Below, one piece after another: positions 51,691 through 61,060 of a stretch of DNA of 64,000 nt (position 1 is its first letter; each line of letters begins with the position of its first letter). The stretch lies in assembly GCA_963844035.1 (NCBI GenBank), contig CAWJMT010000003.1:160001-224000 (forward strand), in the 5' to 3' direction. The DNA comes from an uncultured Gemmatimonadales bacterium. GTDB taxonomy: Bacteria > Gemmatimonadota > Gemmatimonadetes > Gemmatimonadales > GWC2-71-9. Position numbers and translations under genes: made by a program. The notes beneath the pieces were generated by a model. It searched no databases and was not told the origin of the DNA. It was given only the letters and a program-made list of their open reading frames with translations.

Positions 51691-53007
51691 ATGTCCTCGA
51701 CGTTTTTGGTGTCCGGCGGACGAGCGCTCAAGGGAACGGTGCGGCTCTCGGGCAACAAGAACGCCGCCCTCCCGATTCTCGCGGCCACACTGCTGGCCGA
51801 CGGCCCCTGCCGCATCGACAACGTGCCCCGGATTCGCGACGTGCTCACGATGATCGAGCTGCTCGAGCACCTCGGCGCCGTCGTGCGGTGGACCGGCCCC
51901 AACACGGTGGAAGTCGACGCATCGCGCGCGGAGCCGCGCGAGATCGATCCCGCCCTCTCCGCCCGGATCCGCGCGTCCATTCTGCTCGCGGGCCCGATGC
52001 TGGCGCGCTTCGGTCGGGTCACCTTGCCGCCGCCCGGCGGCGACGTGATCGGGCGGCGGCGCGTGGACACGCATTTCCTCGCCCTCGAGCAGCTCGGCGC
52101 CGAGATCACGGTCGGGAACGCGTACACGCTCGAGGGCAAGCTCACCGGGGCCGACATCTTTCTCGACGAGCCCAGCGTCACCGCCACCGAAAACGCCCTG
52201 ATGGCGGCCGTCGCCGCGCGTGGCACGACCGTGTTGCGCAACGCCGCGTGCGAGCCGCACGTCCAGGATCTGGCGCAGTTTCTCGTGGGCTGCGGGGCGC
52301 GCATCGACGGCATCGGCACGAACACGGTGACCGTGGACGGTGGGGCGCCGCTCGGCGCCGCTGCGTACACGATCGGCCCCGACTACATCGAGATCGGCTC
52401 GTTCATCGGGCTCGCCGCGGTCACCAACGGCGCCATCACCATGGAGGGCGTGCGGGCGAGCGACCTGCGCGCCACCCTGCTCGCGTTCGAGCGCCTGGGC
52501 GTGCATCCGCGGCTCGACGGAACCCAGCTCATCGTGGACGCCGATCAGGAGCGCCGCATCCGCACGGATCTCGGCGGTCACGTTCCCAAGCTCGAGGACG
52601 GGCCCTGGCCGGCGTTCCCGGCCGATCTCATGTCCATCGCCATCGTGGTCGCCACGCAGTGCGATGGATTGCTGCTCGTGTTCGAGAAGATGTTCGAATC
52701 CCGGCTGTTCTTCGTCGACAAGCTTATCGGGATGGGGGCGCGCGTCGTGTTGTGCGATCCGCACCGCGCGGTGATCGCCGGTCCCTCGCCGCTGCGCGGT
52801 CAGGTGGTCGAGAGTCCCGACATCCGTGCCGGTATGGGCATGCTCCTCGCCGCCCTCGCGGCGCAGGGAGACTCCGTGATCCACAACATCGGGCAGATCG
52901 AGCGTGGCTACGAGCGCATCGACGAGCGGTTGCGGGCGCTGGGGGCGTTGATCGAACGGCGAGATGATGGGCCGGAAGGGAAGGCGGGCAGGCGGGCCAG
53001 CGACTAG
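51691..53007 (+). CDS. murA: UDP-N-acetylglucosamine 1-carboxyvinyltransferase
   Basis: SGNKNAALPILAA, RASILL, PGGDVIGRR, SVTATEN, PWPAFPAD, SPDIRAG, IERGYE. Confidence 0.96.
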   Translation: MSSTFLVSGGRALKGTVRLSGNKNAALPILAATLLADGPCRIDNVPRIRDVLTMIELLEHLGAVVRWTGPNTVEVDASRAEPREIDPALSARIRASILLAGPMLARFGRVTLPPPGGDVIGRRRVDTHFLALEQLGAEITVGNAYTLEGKLTGADIFLDEPSVTATENALMAAVAARGTTVLRNAACEPHVQDLAQFLVGCGARIDGIGTNTVTVDGGAPLGAAAYTIGPDYIEIGSFIGLAAVTNGAITMEGVRASDLRATLLAFERLGVHPRLDGTQLIVDADQERRIRTDLGGHVPKLEDGPWPAFPADLMSIAIVVATQCDGLLLVFEKMFESRLFFVDKLIGMGARVVLCDPHRAVIAGPSPLRGQVVESPDIRAGMGMLLAALAAQGDSVIHNIGQIERGYERIDERLRALGALIERRDDGPEGKAGRRASD

Positions 53008-53054
53008 CCATGCACCAGACCCACCCGCCCGCCCGCCTCCCCGCCTTCCCGTCT
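52974..53054. repeat. Inverted octamer arrays (AGGCGGGC / GCCCGCCT) spanning the murA stop and pgeF start
   Basis: ggaaggga aggcgggc aggcgggc cagcgact versus acccgccc gcccgcct ccccgcct tcccgtct. Confidence 0.75.
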
Positions 53055-53798
53055 CTCACCGAGCAGCCCGCCGGCGACGCATCGGTTCCGCGTCTCGAGT
53101 TGCGCGAGTGGTCGGAGCAATACGGCCTTACCGCAGGCATAACGATTCGCGGACACGGGTTCGGGATGGGACTCTGGAGCGACGACAGCGTTGGACAGGT
53201 GATGACGCGGTGGCGCGCGTTCCACGCGACGGTCGCCAAGGGCTTCCCGGCGGTGGTGACCGGTCACCAGGTGCACGCGACGGAGGTGCGCTGGCAGGGC
53301 CAGCGGAGCGACGGCTGGTTACTGCTCGACGGGGTGGACGGGCACGCCACGGCCGCGCAGGGGGTCCTGCTCACGGTGATGATCGCGGACTGTATCCCGG
53401 TCTACCTCGCCGTGCCGCGCACGGGAGCGGTCGCGCTGCTCCACGCCGGATGGCGTGGTGTGGCTGGTGGGGTGCTGCAGCGCGGCGTCGAGCTGCTCGA
53501 CCGGCACGCGCAGGCCCGGGGAGCGGACATCGTAATGCATTGTGGAGTGGGGATTTGCGGCAAGTGCTACGAGGTAGGTCCTGAGGTGGCGGTGCGCTTC
53601 GATCAAGCCACCGGAACGGGACCGCACCACGTCGACCTGCGGGCAGTGCTGGCACGTCAGGCGGAGCATCTGGGTATCGCGCAGGTAACGGTTTCGTCAT
53701 GGTGCAGTGCGCACGACAACCAGCGGTTCTTTTCCCATCGCGCGTCCGCGGGCCGCGATGGCCGCATGGTGGCGTATTTGGGGCGTCCGCTCGCTTGA
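53010..53798 (+). CDS. pgeF: YfiH/PgeF family protein
   Basis: HQVH, ADCIPV, LHAGWRG, CYEVG, FFSHR. Confidence 0.9.
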   Translation: MHQTHPPARLPAFPSLTEQPAGDASVPRLELREWSEQYGLTAGITIRGHGFGMGLWSDDSVGQVMTRWRAFHATVAKGFPAVVTGHQVHATEVRWQGQRSDGWLLLDGVDGHATAAQGVLLTVMIADCIPVYLAVPRTGAVALLHAGWRGVAGGVLQRGVELLDRHAQARGADIVMHCGVGICGKCYEVGPEVAVRFDQATGTGPHHVDLRAVLARQAEHLGIAQVTVSSWCSAHDNQRFFSHRASAGRDGRMVAYLGRPLA

Positions 53799-53863
53799 CA
53801 CTGGGTGGTCCCGGGATAGATTCCCAAATCGAAGCGGGCGAAGTCAGGCCCGCCCTTTTTTTT
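53795..53863 (+). promoter_or_regulatory. Promoter and terminator-like leader of the rimP-nusA-infB operon
   Basis: TTGACA-16 nt-TAGATT; GCGGGC/GCCCGC hairpin (53834-53853) plus T8 tract directly before ATG. Confidence 0.78.
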
Positions 53864-54342
53864 ATGCTCACCGACAGTCTCATCGACACGTTTCGGGCCA
53901 AGCTCGACGAATCTCGGGCTCGAACTGGCCGACCTTCGCATCGGCGGCACGCCCAACCGGCCGCTGGTTCAAGTCCGCATCGAGTGGCCGGTGAGTGATC
54001 CGGCGCGCAATGTCACCGTGGACGACTGCGGGCTGGCGAGCAGGGCGCTCGAAGTCCTGGCTCGACGGCGACGGGCGGCTCGGCTCGCGCTACGTCCTCG
54101 AGGTCTCGAGCCCGGGACTGGACCGCGCGATCCGCTGGCCGCGTCACTGGGCCCGGTTCGTGGGGCGGGACGTGAATGCCACGGTCGCTGGGCTGGGGCG
54201 GGTGCGCGCCCGGATTGTGGCGGTGCCCGACGAAGCGACGGTGGTGCTCCAGCCGCTGGTGGGGGCGGGGCGCCCGGGCGGCACGCCACGCTCGGTGCGG
54301 CTGAGCGACGTGCGCGATGCGCGTCTGGCGGTCGATTGGTAG
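53864..54342 (+). CDS. rimP: Ribosome maturation factor RimP (frameshifts near 53910, 54053)
   Basis: VTVDDC, YVLEVSSPGLDR; upstream of nusA. Confidence 0.9.
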
Positions 54343-54370
54343 CGATGAACAGCCTTTTCCGGATGGTCCG

Positions 54371-55729
54371 ATGGCGAACGCACCTGACGTAGTTTCCGCG
54401 ATCCGCGAGCTGACCAGCACCAAGCAGCTCGATCGCAGTGAGCTGCTCGATCTCTTGAAGGACGGCCTGCACGCCGCCCTCGTGAAGCGCTACGGCCCCA
54501 ACGTCCGGTCCGAAATCGGCATCGACGAGCTCAAGGGGACGATCAAGATCGTCCTGCTCCGCACCGTGGTCGAGACGGTCGAGGATGCCGGGAGCCAGGT
54601 GTCGGTGGAGGAGGCCCGCTTCGAGGACGAGAACTTCCAGGTCGGCGACGTGCTGGAAGAGGAAGTGCCGTTCGAAGGATTCGGGCGCACCGCGGTGCAG
54701 GCGGCCAAGCAACGCATCATTCAGCGCGTGCGCGAGGGTGAGCGTACCCGGATTCGCGAAGAGTTCTCGGACAAGGTGGGCGAGCTGCTGAGCGGTGAAG
54801 TGCAGCAGATCGAGCGCGGGAAGATCGTCGTCATGCTCGTCAAGTTTCGCGAAGCCGAGGCGATCATCCCGTATCGCGAGCAGAATCACCGTGAGCACTT
54901 CCATCAGGGTGATACGATCCGCGCCGTGCTCAAGCGCATCGAAGAGACGCCCAAGGGCCCGCGGCTGATCCTGTCGCGCGGCGATCCGATGTTCGTGAAG
55001 GCGCTCTTCAAGATCGAAGTCCCCGAGATCCAGCAGGCGGTGGTGGAGATCCGCGCCACGGCACGAGAAGCCGGAAGCCGCACCAAGATCGCCGTCGCGT
55101 CGCGCGATGACTCGATCGATCCGGTAGGCGCCTGCGTGGGCCTCAAGGGCTCCCGGGTGCAGGCGGTGGTGAACGAGCTGGGCGGCGAGCGGATCGACAT
55201 CGTGCCGTGGTCGCCGGACCCGGAGCGCTTCGCCAAGCTGTCGCTCGCGCCCGCGCGTGTCGCGCGGGTGTTCTCGGACCCCGACAGCAAGACCATTCAG
55301 GCGATCGTGGACGAGGATCAGCTATCGCTCGCCATCGGGCGCAACGGGCAAAATGTGCGGCTCGCATCGGAGCTGACGGGGTGGAAGATCGACCTGTACT
55401 CGAGCCGCGAGTGGCTGGAGCGCGGCGGCGAAGGTCCGCTGTTCGCTCCGCTGCCGCTCGAAGAGGAGCAGGTGGTCAAGGTCGCGCTCAGCGAGATGCG
55501 CGGGCTGTCGCCCGAGCTCGTGGGTGTGCTCGAGAAGGCGGGGAAGAAGACGCTGCAGGACGTGCTCGATCTCGAGCGCGAAGAAGTCGAGAAGATGGAG
55601 GGGATGACGCCGGAGCTCGCCGACAAGCTGATGGCGTTCCTCACGGAGCTGACGGAAGAGGGCGGTGAGGAAGAGGCTCCCTCCGCCGGTACGCCGCCGC
55701 CTCCCGGGGGCGAGGCCGCGCCGGCGTGA
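54371..55729 (+). CDS. nusA: Transcription factor NusA
   Basis: FGRTAVQAAKQ, EVPEI, REAGSRTKIAV, VGACVG, LSLAIGRNGQNVRLA. Confidence 0.97.
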   Translation: MANAPDVVSAIRELTSTKQLDRSELLDLLKDGLHAALVKRYGPNVRSEIGIDELKGTIKIVLLRTVVETVEDAGSQVSVEEARFEDENFQVGDVLEEEVPFEGFGRTAVQAAKQRIIQRVREGERTRIREEFSDKVGELLSGEVQQIERGKIVVMLVKFREAEAIIPYREQNHREHFHQGDTIRAVLKRIEETPKGPRLILSRGDPMFVKALFKIEVPEIQQAVVEIRATAREAGSRTKIAVASRDDSIDPVGACVGLKGSRVQAVVNELGGERIDIVPWSPDPERFAKLSLAPARVARVFSDPDSKTIQAIVDEDQLSLAIGRNGQNVRLASELTGWKIDLYSSREWLERGGEGPLFAPLPLEEEQVVKVALSEMRGLSPELVGVLEKAGKKTLQDVLDLEREEVEKMEGMTPELADKLMAFLTELTEEGGEEEAPSAGTPPPPGGEAAPA

Positions 55730-56028
55730 ACGATCGCATCACCCGCCTGCTCGGCCTGGGGCTGAGGGCGGGTCGAGTGGTCGTCGGGGTCTCGGGGGTA
55801 CGGGCCGGACTGCAGCGGGAATCGGTGCATTGCGTGGTGCTGGCGGCGGACGCGAGCCAGCGCACGCGAGACAAGGTGGAGCGGTTGGCGCTGGCGCGCG
55901 GGATTCCGGTGCTGCAGGGCCCCCGCGCCGGGGAGTTGGGTGACCGCCTCGGGCGTGCGCCCGTGCAGGCGGTCGGGGTCGAAGATGGGGCGCTCGCGCG
56001 AGGCCTCATGACGTCTTTGGAGGAGTGA
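55726..56028 (+). CDS. L7Ae/YlxQ family RNA-binding protein
   Basis: LLGLGLRAGRVVVG, VLAADAS, ELGDRLGR; between nusA and infB. Confidence 0.85.
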   Translation: MNDRITRLLGLGLRAGRVVVGVSGVRAGLQRESVHCVVLAADASQRTRDKVERLALARGIPVLQGPRAGELGDRLGRAPVQAVGVEDGALARGLMTSLEE

Positions 56029-58638
56029 GTGGCGACAACGCGCATTCATGATCTGGCGGCGGAGTTCGGCGTGCCGAGCGAGCAGCTCATCGGCATGCTG
56101 AAGGAGATGGACATCTTCGTCCGCAGCCACCTGACACCGCTCCTCCCGGAGCAGGTGGCGCTGGTGCGCGCCCGGTGGGAGCGCGAGAAGCGCAAGCAGA
56201 AGGAGCCCCCGACGCCGACCAAGCGCCGCCGGGCGACGAAAAACGTGGAGCCCGAGGCACCGGTGGCGGTCGCGAGCGATCGTCCAGTGCGCCGACGCCG
56301 CACCGCAGCCGAGGTTGCGGTCGCCGAGGCCGAAGCGCAGGCCGTCGCCGCCATCGAAGCCGAGCGGGAGCAAAAGGCGCGCGAGGCACTCGAGGTGACG
56401 CGCGCGATGGAGGAGGAGGAACGTCCGGCCGCATCGCTCGAAGAGCGCGCGGCCGCGTTGTTCAAGGACCTGCCGCCGGCCGAGGACTCGGGGCGGGCCG
56501 ATACGAGCGTCGCACAGGCGCCGCCGCCCCCGCGGCCGTTCATCCCCACGCCGGTGCGTCCCAAGCCCGTCGCCAGCGCGACGCCGGGCAGCCCGGTGCC
56601 CCCGCGCCCCGTGGCGTCCGCGACTCCGGGCGCCGCCCCGATGGAGGAGCGCCGCCGCGAGAAGGGGAAGAAGCGCAAGAAGGGTCGCAAGTCCTCGGTG
56701 GACCAGGAGGCGGTCGCGCAGAACATCTCGCGCACGCTGGCCTCCATCAAAGGACCGGTCGGCAAGAAGGGCATGCGTCATCGCGACGAAGGCCCGACCT
56801 TCCGCGACGCGCAGGAGGAAAAGCGGCGCGAAGAGAAGGAGCGCGAAAAGACGCTGGTGCGCGTGACCGAGTTCATCACGGTCTCGGAGTTGGCCAACGT
56901 GCTCAAGGTGCCGCCGACCCAGATCGTGGCGTTCGCGTTCAAGGAGCTGGGGCAGATGGTCACGATCAACCAGCGCCTCGACTTCGACATGATCGAGCTG
57001 ATCGCGTCGGCCTTCGACTTCCAGGCTGTGCAGGAGGAAGAGTACGTCGCCTCCGCGCCGGTCGAGCGCGAGCCCGAGAGCGCCGAATCGCTCAAGCCGC
57101 GCCCGCCGGTGGTCACAGTCATGGGACACGTTGACCACGGCAAGACCTCGCTGCTCGACTTCATCCGCAAGGCGACCGTCGTCGCCGGCGAGGCGGGTGG
57201 CATCACGCAGCACATCGGCGCCTATCAGGTCACGCTCAAGGACCACCGGGCGATCACGTTCCTCGACACACCCGGTCACGAGGCGTTCACGGCCATGCGC
57301 GCCCGCGGCGCGCGGGTGACCGACATCGTGGTCCTCGTCGTCGCCGCCGACGACGCCATCATGCCGCAGACGGTGGAGGCAATTTCGCACGCGAAGAACG
57401 CGGGCGTGCCGCTCGTCGTCGCCATCAACAAGATCGATCTGCCGTCGGCCAACGTCCAAAAGGTCAAGCAGGACCTGCTGGCGCACGGCGTCGTGCTCGA
57501 GGAGTTCGGTGGCACCACGCTGGCCACGCCGATCTCGGCCAAGACGGGACAGAACGTCGAAACGCTGCTGGACCAGATCCTGTTGCAGGCCGAGCTGCTC
57601 GATCTCAAGGCCAATCCCGATCGTCACGCGCAAGGCACCGTGGTGGAAGCGGCCCTCGATCCCGGCAAGGGACCGGTTGCCACGGTACTCATCCAGAGCG
57701 GGACGCTCAAGGTGGGCGCCGACTTTATTTGCGGGCAGTATGCCGGCCGCGTCCGCGCGCTGTACGACGAGCGCGGTCAGACGGTCGTGACCGCGGGGCC
57801 GTCCACGCCCGTGCAGGTCCTCGGGTTCGAGGGCGTGCCCGAGGCGGGCGATCCGTTCCTTGTCATGGCCGATGCGACCGCCGCGCGCGAGATCGCGCAA
57901 AAGCGCCAGCGCCTGGAGCGCGAGGCGCAGCACCGCCGCACCGGCCGCGTGAAGACGCTCGAAGACTTCGTGACCTCCCATGCCGACGGCGGGATGGCCA
58001 CGCTCAAGATCATCATCAAGGCCGACCAGGGCGGTCCGGCGGAAGCGCTCGCGGATGCGCTGCAGCAGCTGTCCACCACCGAGGTGAGGGTGGAGGTGGT
58101 CCACCGCGGCGTGGGCGCGATCACCGAGAGCGACGTGCTGCTCGCCAAGGCGTCCGGTGCCATCATCATCGGCTTCCACGTCCGGCCCGATTCCAACGCC
58201 CGCGCGGCCGCCGAGCACGAGCGGGTGGAAATCCGCACCTACCGCATCATCTACGAGGCGGTGGAAGAGGTGAAGGCCGCGATGGAAGGGCTGCTCGCCC
58301 CGGAGAAACGGGAAGTGGTGTTGGGCGAGGCCGAAGTCCGGCAGGTCTTCAAGATCGCCAAGGTGGGCACCATCGCCGGCAGCTTTGTGCGCAGCGGCGT
58401 CATTCCGCGGACCGCCCGCGTGCGCGTGATCCGCGACGGCGTCGAGGTGTACGATGGGACGTTGGCGTCGCTCAAGCGGTTCAAGGACGACGTGCGCGAG
58501 GTCCGGGACGGCTTCGAATGCGGAATCGGGGTCGAAAACTTCAACGATGTGAAGACAGGGGACCTCATCGAAGCGTACCGGGTCGAAGAGATCGCCCGGT
58601 CGCTCGACGCCGGGAGTGCGGCCAAGAAGGACGCGTGA
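56029..58638 (+). CDS. infB: Translation initiation factor IF-2
   Basis: MGHVDHGKT, EAGGITQHIG, DTPGHEAF, NKID, SLKRFKDDV. Confidence 0.98.
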   Translation: MATTRIHDLAAEFGVPSEQLIGMLKEMDIFVRSHLTPLLPEQVALVRARWEREKRKQKEPPTPTKRRRATKNVEPEAPVAVASDRPVRRRRTAAEVAVAEAEAQAVAAIEAEREQKAREALEVTRAMEEEERPAASLEERAAALFKDLPPAEDSGRADTSVAQAPPPPRPFIPTPVRPKPVASATPGSPVPPRPVASATPGAAPMEERRREKGKKRKKGRKSSVDQEAVAQNISRTLASIKGPVGKKGMRHRDEGPTFRDAQEEKRREEKEREKTLVRVTEFITVSELANVLKVPPTQIVAFAFKELGQMVTINQRLDFDMIELIASAFDFQAVQEEEYVASAPVEREPESAESLKPRPPVVTVMGHVDHGKTSLLDFIRKATVVAGEAGGITQHIGAYQVTLKDHRAITFLDTPGHEAFTAMRARGARVTDIVVLVVAADDAIMPQTVEAISHAKNAGVPLVVAINKIDLPSANVQKVKQDLLAHGVVLEEFGGTTLATPISAKTGQNVETLLDQILLQAELLDLKANPDRHAQGTVVEAALDPGKGPVATVLIQSGTLKVGADFICGQYAGRVRALYDERGQTVVTAGPSTPVQVLGFEGVPEAGDPFLVMADATAAREIAQKRQRLEREAQHRRTGRVKTLEDFVTSHADGGMATLKIIIKADQGGPAEALADALQQLSTTEVRVEVVHRGVGAITESDVLLAKASGAIIIGFHVRPDSNARAAAEHERVEIRTYRIIYEAVEEVKAAMEGLLAPEKREVVLGEAEVRQVFKIAKVGTIAGSFVRSGVIPRTARVRVIRDGVEVYDGTLASLKRFKDDVREVRDGFECGIGVENFNDVKTGDLIEAYRVEEIARSLDAGSAAKKDA

Positions 58639-58641
58639 GCC

Positions 58642-58923
58642 GTGATCGTCGGGCTCATGACCTGGGAGCTGCATATCGAGGGGTGCCAGTCCTTGAAGGA
58701 TAAGCGGCACGTGCTGAAGAGCTTGAAGGACCGGCTTCACAACAAGTTCAATGTGTCCGCCGCGGAGACCGATCACCACGACCTGTGGCAACGCGCGGAG
58801 TTGAGTGTGTGCGTGGTGAGCACCGACCGGCAGCACGCCGAGAGCGTGTTGCGCGAGGCGGATCGGATGGTGGCGGGGGATGCGGCGGCGCGGGTGATCG
58901 ACACCAGCACGAGCTTTCTCTAG
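58642..58923 (+). CDS. DUF503 (YlxP) family protein
   Basis: SLKDKR, KFNVSAAE, DLWQRA. Confidence 0.9.
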   Translation: MIVGLMTWELHIEGCQSLKDKRHVLKSLKDRLHNKFNVSAAETDHHDLWQRAELSVCVVSTDRQHAESVLREADRMVAGDAAARVIDTSTSFL

Positions 58924-58926
58924 CGC

Positions 58927-59286
58927 ATGCCCCGGCGTCCCACGCATCGCCCCGAGCGGCTTGGCGAGCTGATCCGGCAGACGGTCGCGGCGTTCCTCAC
59001 CGGGAACGTGCGCGACCCACGGATCGGCTTCGTCACCGTGACCAGTGTCGACGTCTCGGGCGACCTGGGGCACGCGCGGATTCGGGTGAGCATCATGGGC
59101 ACCGAGGAGGAGCGCGCGCGGAGCCTCGAGGGACTGGGGAGCGCCGCCCGGTTCCTCCGCGCACAGCTGGCGCGCGAGCTGACGCTGCGCACCACGCCTG
59201 AGCTGCACTTCGAGCTCGACCGCGGAATCGAACACGCAGCGCGCATCGACGACGTGCTCCGGAAGCTGCGGGAGGACGGCGGCTGA
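58927..59286 (+). CDS. rbfA: Ribosome-binding factor A
   Basis: VRDPRIGFVTVT, SGDL, LRTTPELHF. Confidence 0.95.
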   Translation: MPRRPTHRPERLGELIRQTVAAFLTGNVRDPRIGFVTVTSVDVSGDLGHARIRVSIMGTEEERARSLEGLGSAARFLRAQLARELTLRTTPELHFELDRGIEHAARIDDVLRKLREDGG

Positions 59287-59318
59287 CGTCCGGAGAGAGC
59301 GGGGGCGAGGGCGGGGTC

Positions 59319-60164
59319 GTGCTCGTGGCGAAACCGGCAGGGCCCACGTCCCACGATGCGGTGGACATCGTCCGGCGGGCGTTGGGGGTCACCCGGGTTG
59401 GCCACCTCGGCACCCTGGATCCGTTCGCCGCGGGGCTGCTCGTGCTGGTGGTCGGCCGCGCGACGCGGCTGGCGCCGTTCGCCGCGGAATGGACCAAGGA
59501 CTACGAGGGTGTGATTCGGTTGGGCACTGTGACGACCACCGACGACGGAACAGGCGAGGTCGTCGGGACATCGGAGGAGTGGCGGACCCTCGATCGCAGC
59601 CGGATCGCAGCGGTATTCGCAGAGTTTCGTGGAGCGTATGATCAACGGCCGCCGGCGTTCTCGGCGGTGAAGGTCGACGGAGAGCGGGCCTACCGGCGGG
59701 CCCGCCGTGGAGAGCCGGTGGTGCTCGAGGCGCGGCGCGTGGAGGTGCGCGAGTTCACCATGACGGCCTGCGCGCCGCCCGACGTATCGTTCCGGGCCGC
59801 CGTCACGGCCGGCACGTATCTGCGCAGCCTGGCGCGCGACGTGGGCGAGCGACTCGGGTGCGGCGCACATCTCAGGGCGCTCACGCGTACGCGGGTGGGT
59901 CCCTTCGGGCTGGAGGGTGCGACGGCTCCCGAGGCGGTGACCGCCGCTGCGGTGCGCGATCCCGCACTGCTGGTCGCGGACCTGCCGCGCCGCGATCTGG
60001 ATGCGGAAGAAGGGGTGCTCGTGTCGCACGGTCGCTCGGTCGCCGCGGGATCGGGGACGGGGGACGAGGGACGGGTGGCGCTGTTCTCGCACGGACACCT
60101 GGTCGCGGTCGCTGAGCGGGTCGGCGACGTGCTCAAGCCGCGTGTGGTCCTGGCGGACGCATGA
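59319..60164 (+). CDS. truB: tRNA pseudouridine(55) synthase
   Basis: KPAGPTSHD, GHLGTLDPFAAG, PPAFSAVK, GTYLRSLARD. Confidence 0.95.
   Translation: MLVAKPAGPTSHDAVDIVRRALGVTRVGHLGTLDPFAAGLLVLVVGRATRLAPFAAEWTKDYEGVIRLGTVTTTDDGTGEVVGTSEEWRTLDRSRIAAVFAEFRGAYDQRPPAFSAVKVDGERAYRRARRGEPVVLEARRVEVREFTMTACAPPDVSFRAAVTAGTYLRSLARDVGERLGCGAHLRALTRTRVGPFGLEGATAPEAVTAAAVRDPALLVADLPRRDLDAEEGVLVSHGRSVAAGSGTGDEGRVALFSHGHLVAVAERVGDVLKPRVVLADA
60047..60074 (+). repeat. 4x heptamer array (GGGACGG) inside truB C-terminal domain
   Basis: gggatcg gggacgg gggacga gggacgg. Confidence 0.72.
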
Positions 60165-61050
60165 CCGGGACGGTGCTGAGCTGCGGATCGTTCGACGGCG
60201 TGCATCGCGGTCACCAGGCCGTGCTGGCGGAGCTGGGCCAGCGGGCCCGGGCTGCTGGATCTCGCGAGCGTGGCTTTGACCTTCGAGCCGCATCCGCTCG
60301 AGGTGGTGAATCCGGCGGCGGCGCCGCGGCTGCTCACCCTGGCCGATGAGAAGCGGGAGCTGCTGGCGGCGAACGTCGAGCGCGTCGAGTTCCTGCCGTT
60401 CACGCAGGCGTTAGCGGCGCTCGACGCCGAGCAGTTTACGCGCGACGTGCTGGTGGGTCAGTTCGGCGTGCGGCACCTGGTGGTGGGGTACGACCACGGG
60501 TTCGGCCGCGGGCGCGCCGGGGACGTGGAGTTGTTGCGGCGCATTGGCACCCGCGAGGGGTTCGAGGTGTCCGTTGTGGACGCAGTGCGGGACGGCGAGC
60601 AGCGGATTTCGTCGACGTTGATCCGCACCGCCGTGGCGCACGGGGACCTCGCGGCCGCGGAACGCTGGCTCGGGCGCCCGTACAGCACGCGTGGTGTGGT
60701 GGAGCCGGGGCAGGGACGGGGTCGCACGCTGGGGATCCCGACGATCAACCTGGCGGCGCTCGATCCCCGCAAGCTGCTGCCTCCTGACGGCGTGTACGCG
60801 GTGCGGGTGGAGTGGCGCCGCGTCCGATACGGCGGCATGATGAACCAGGGGCCGCGGCCCACGTTTGCCGTCGACCGAGCGGGCGCTGGAGATTCACCTG
60901 TTCGATTTCGACGAGGATCTGTACGGTGAAGCGGTGACGGTCGAATGGGTGCGGCGGCTGCGGGACACGCAGGCATTTCCGTCGCGCGACGCACTGGTGG
61001 CGCAGCTGGCGCGCGATGCGCGGGCGGCGCAGGACAGTCTCAAACCCTAG
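60161..61050 (+). CDS. ribF: Riboflavin kinase / FAD synthetase (frameshifts near 60265, 60880)
   Basis: GSFDGVHRGH, TFEPHP, ISSTLIR, GRTLGIPTIN, GVYA, EIHLFDF. Confidence 0.93.
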
Positions 61051-61060
61051 AGATCCGACG

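Noticed and set aside
53155..53178. Weak GGG periodicity in pgeF
   Set aside because: Too degenerate to count as an array
56555..56640. PxPVASATPG duplicated in IF-2
   Set aside because: Ordinary low-complexity IF-2 N-terminal linker
55318..59235. 1305-aa minus-strand ORF
   Set aside because: Antisense shadow of nusA-infB-rbfA; high GC3 removes stops on the opposite strand; no motifs
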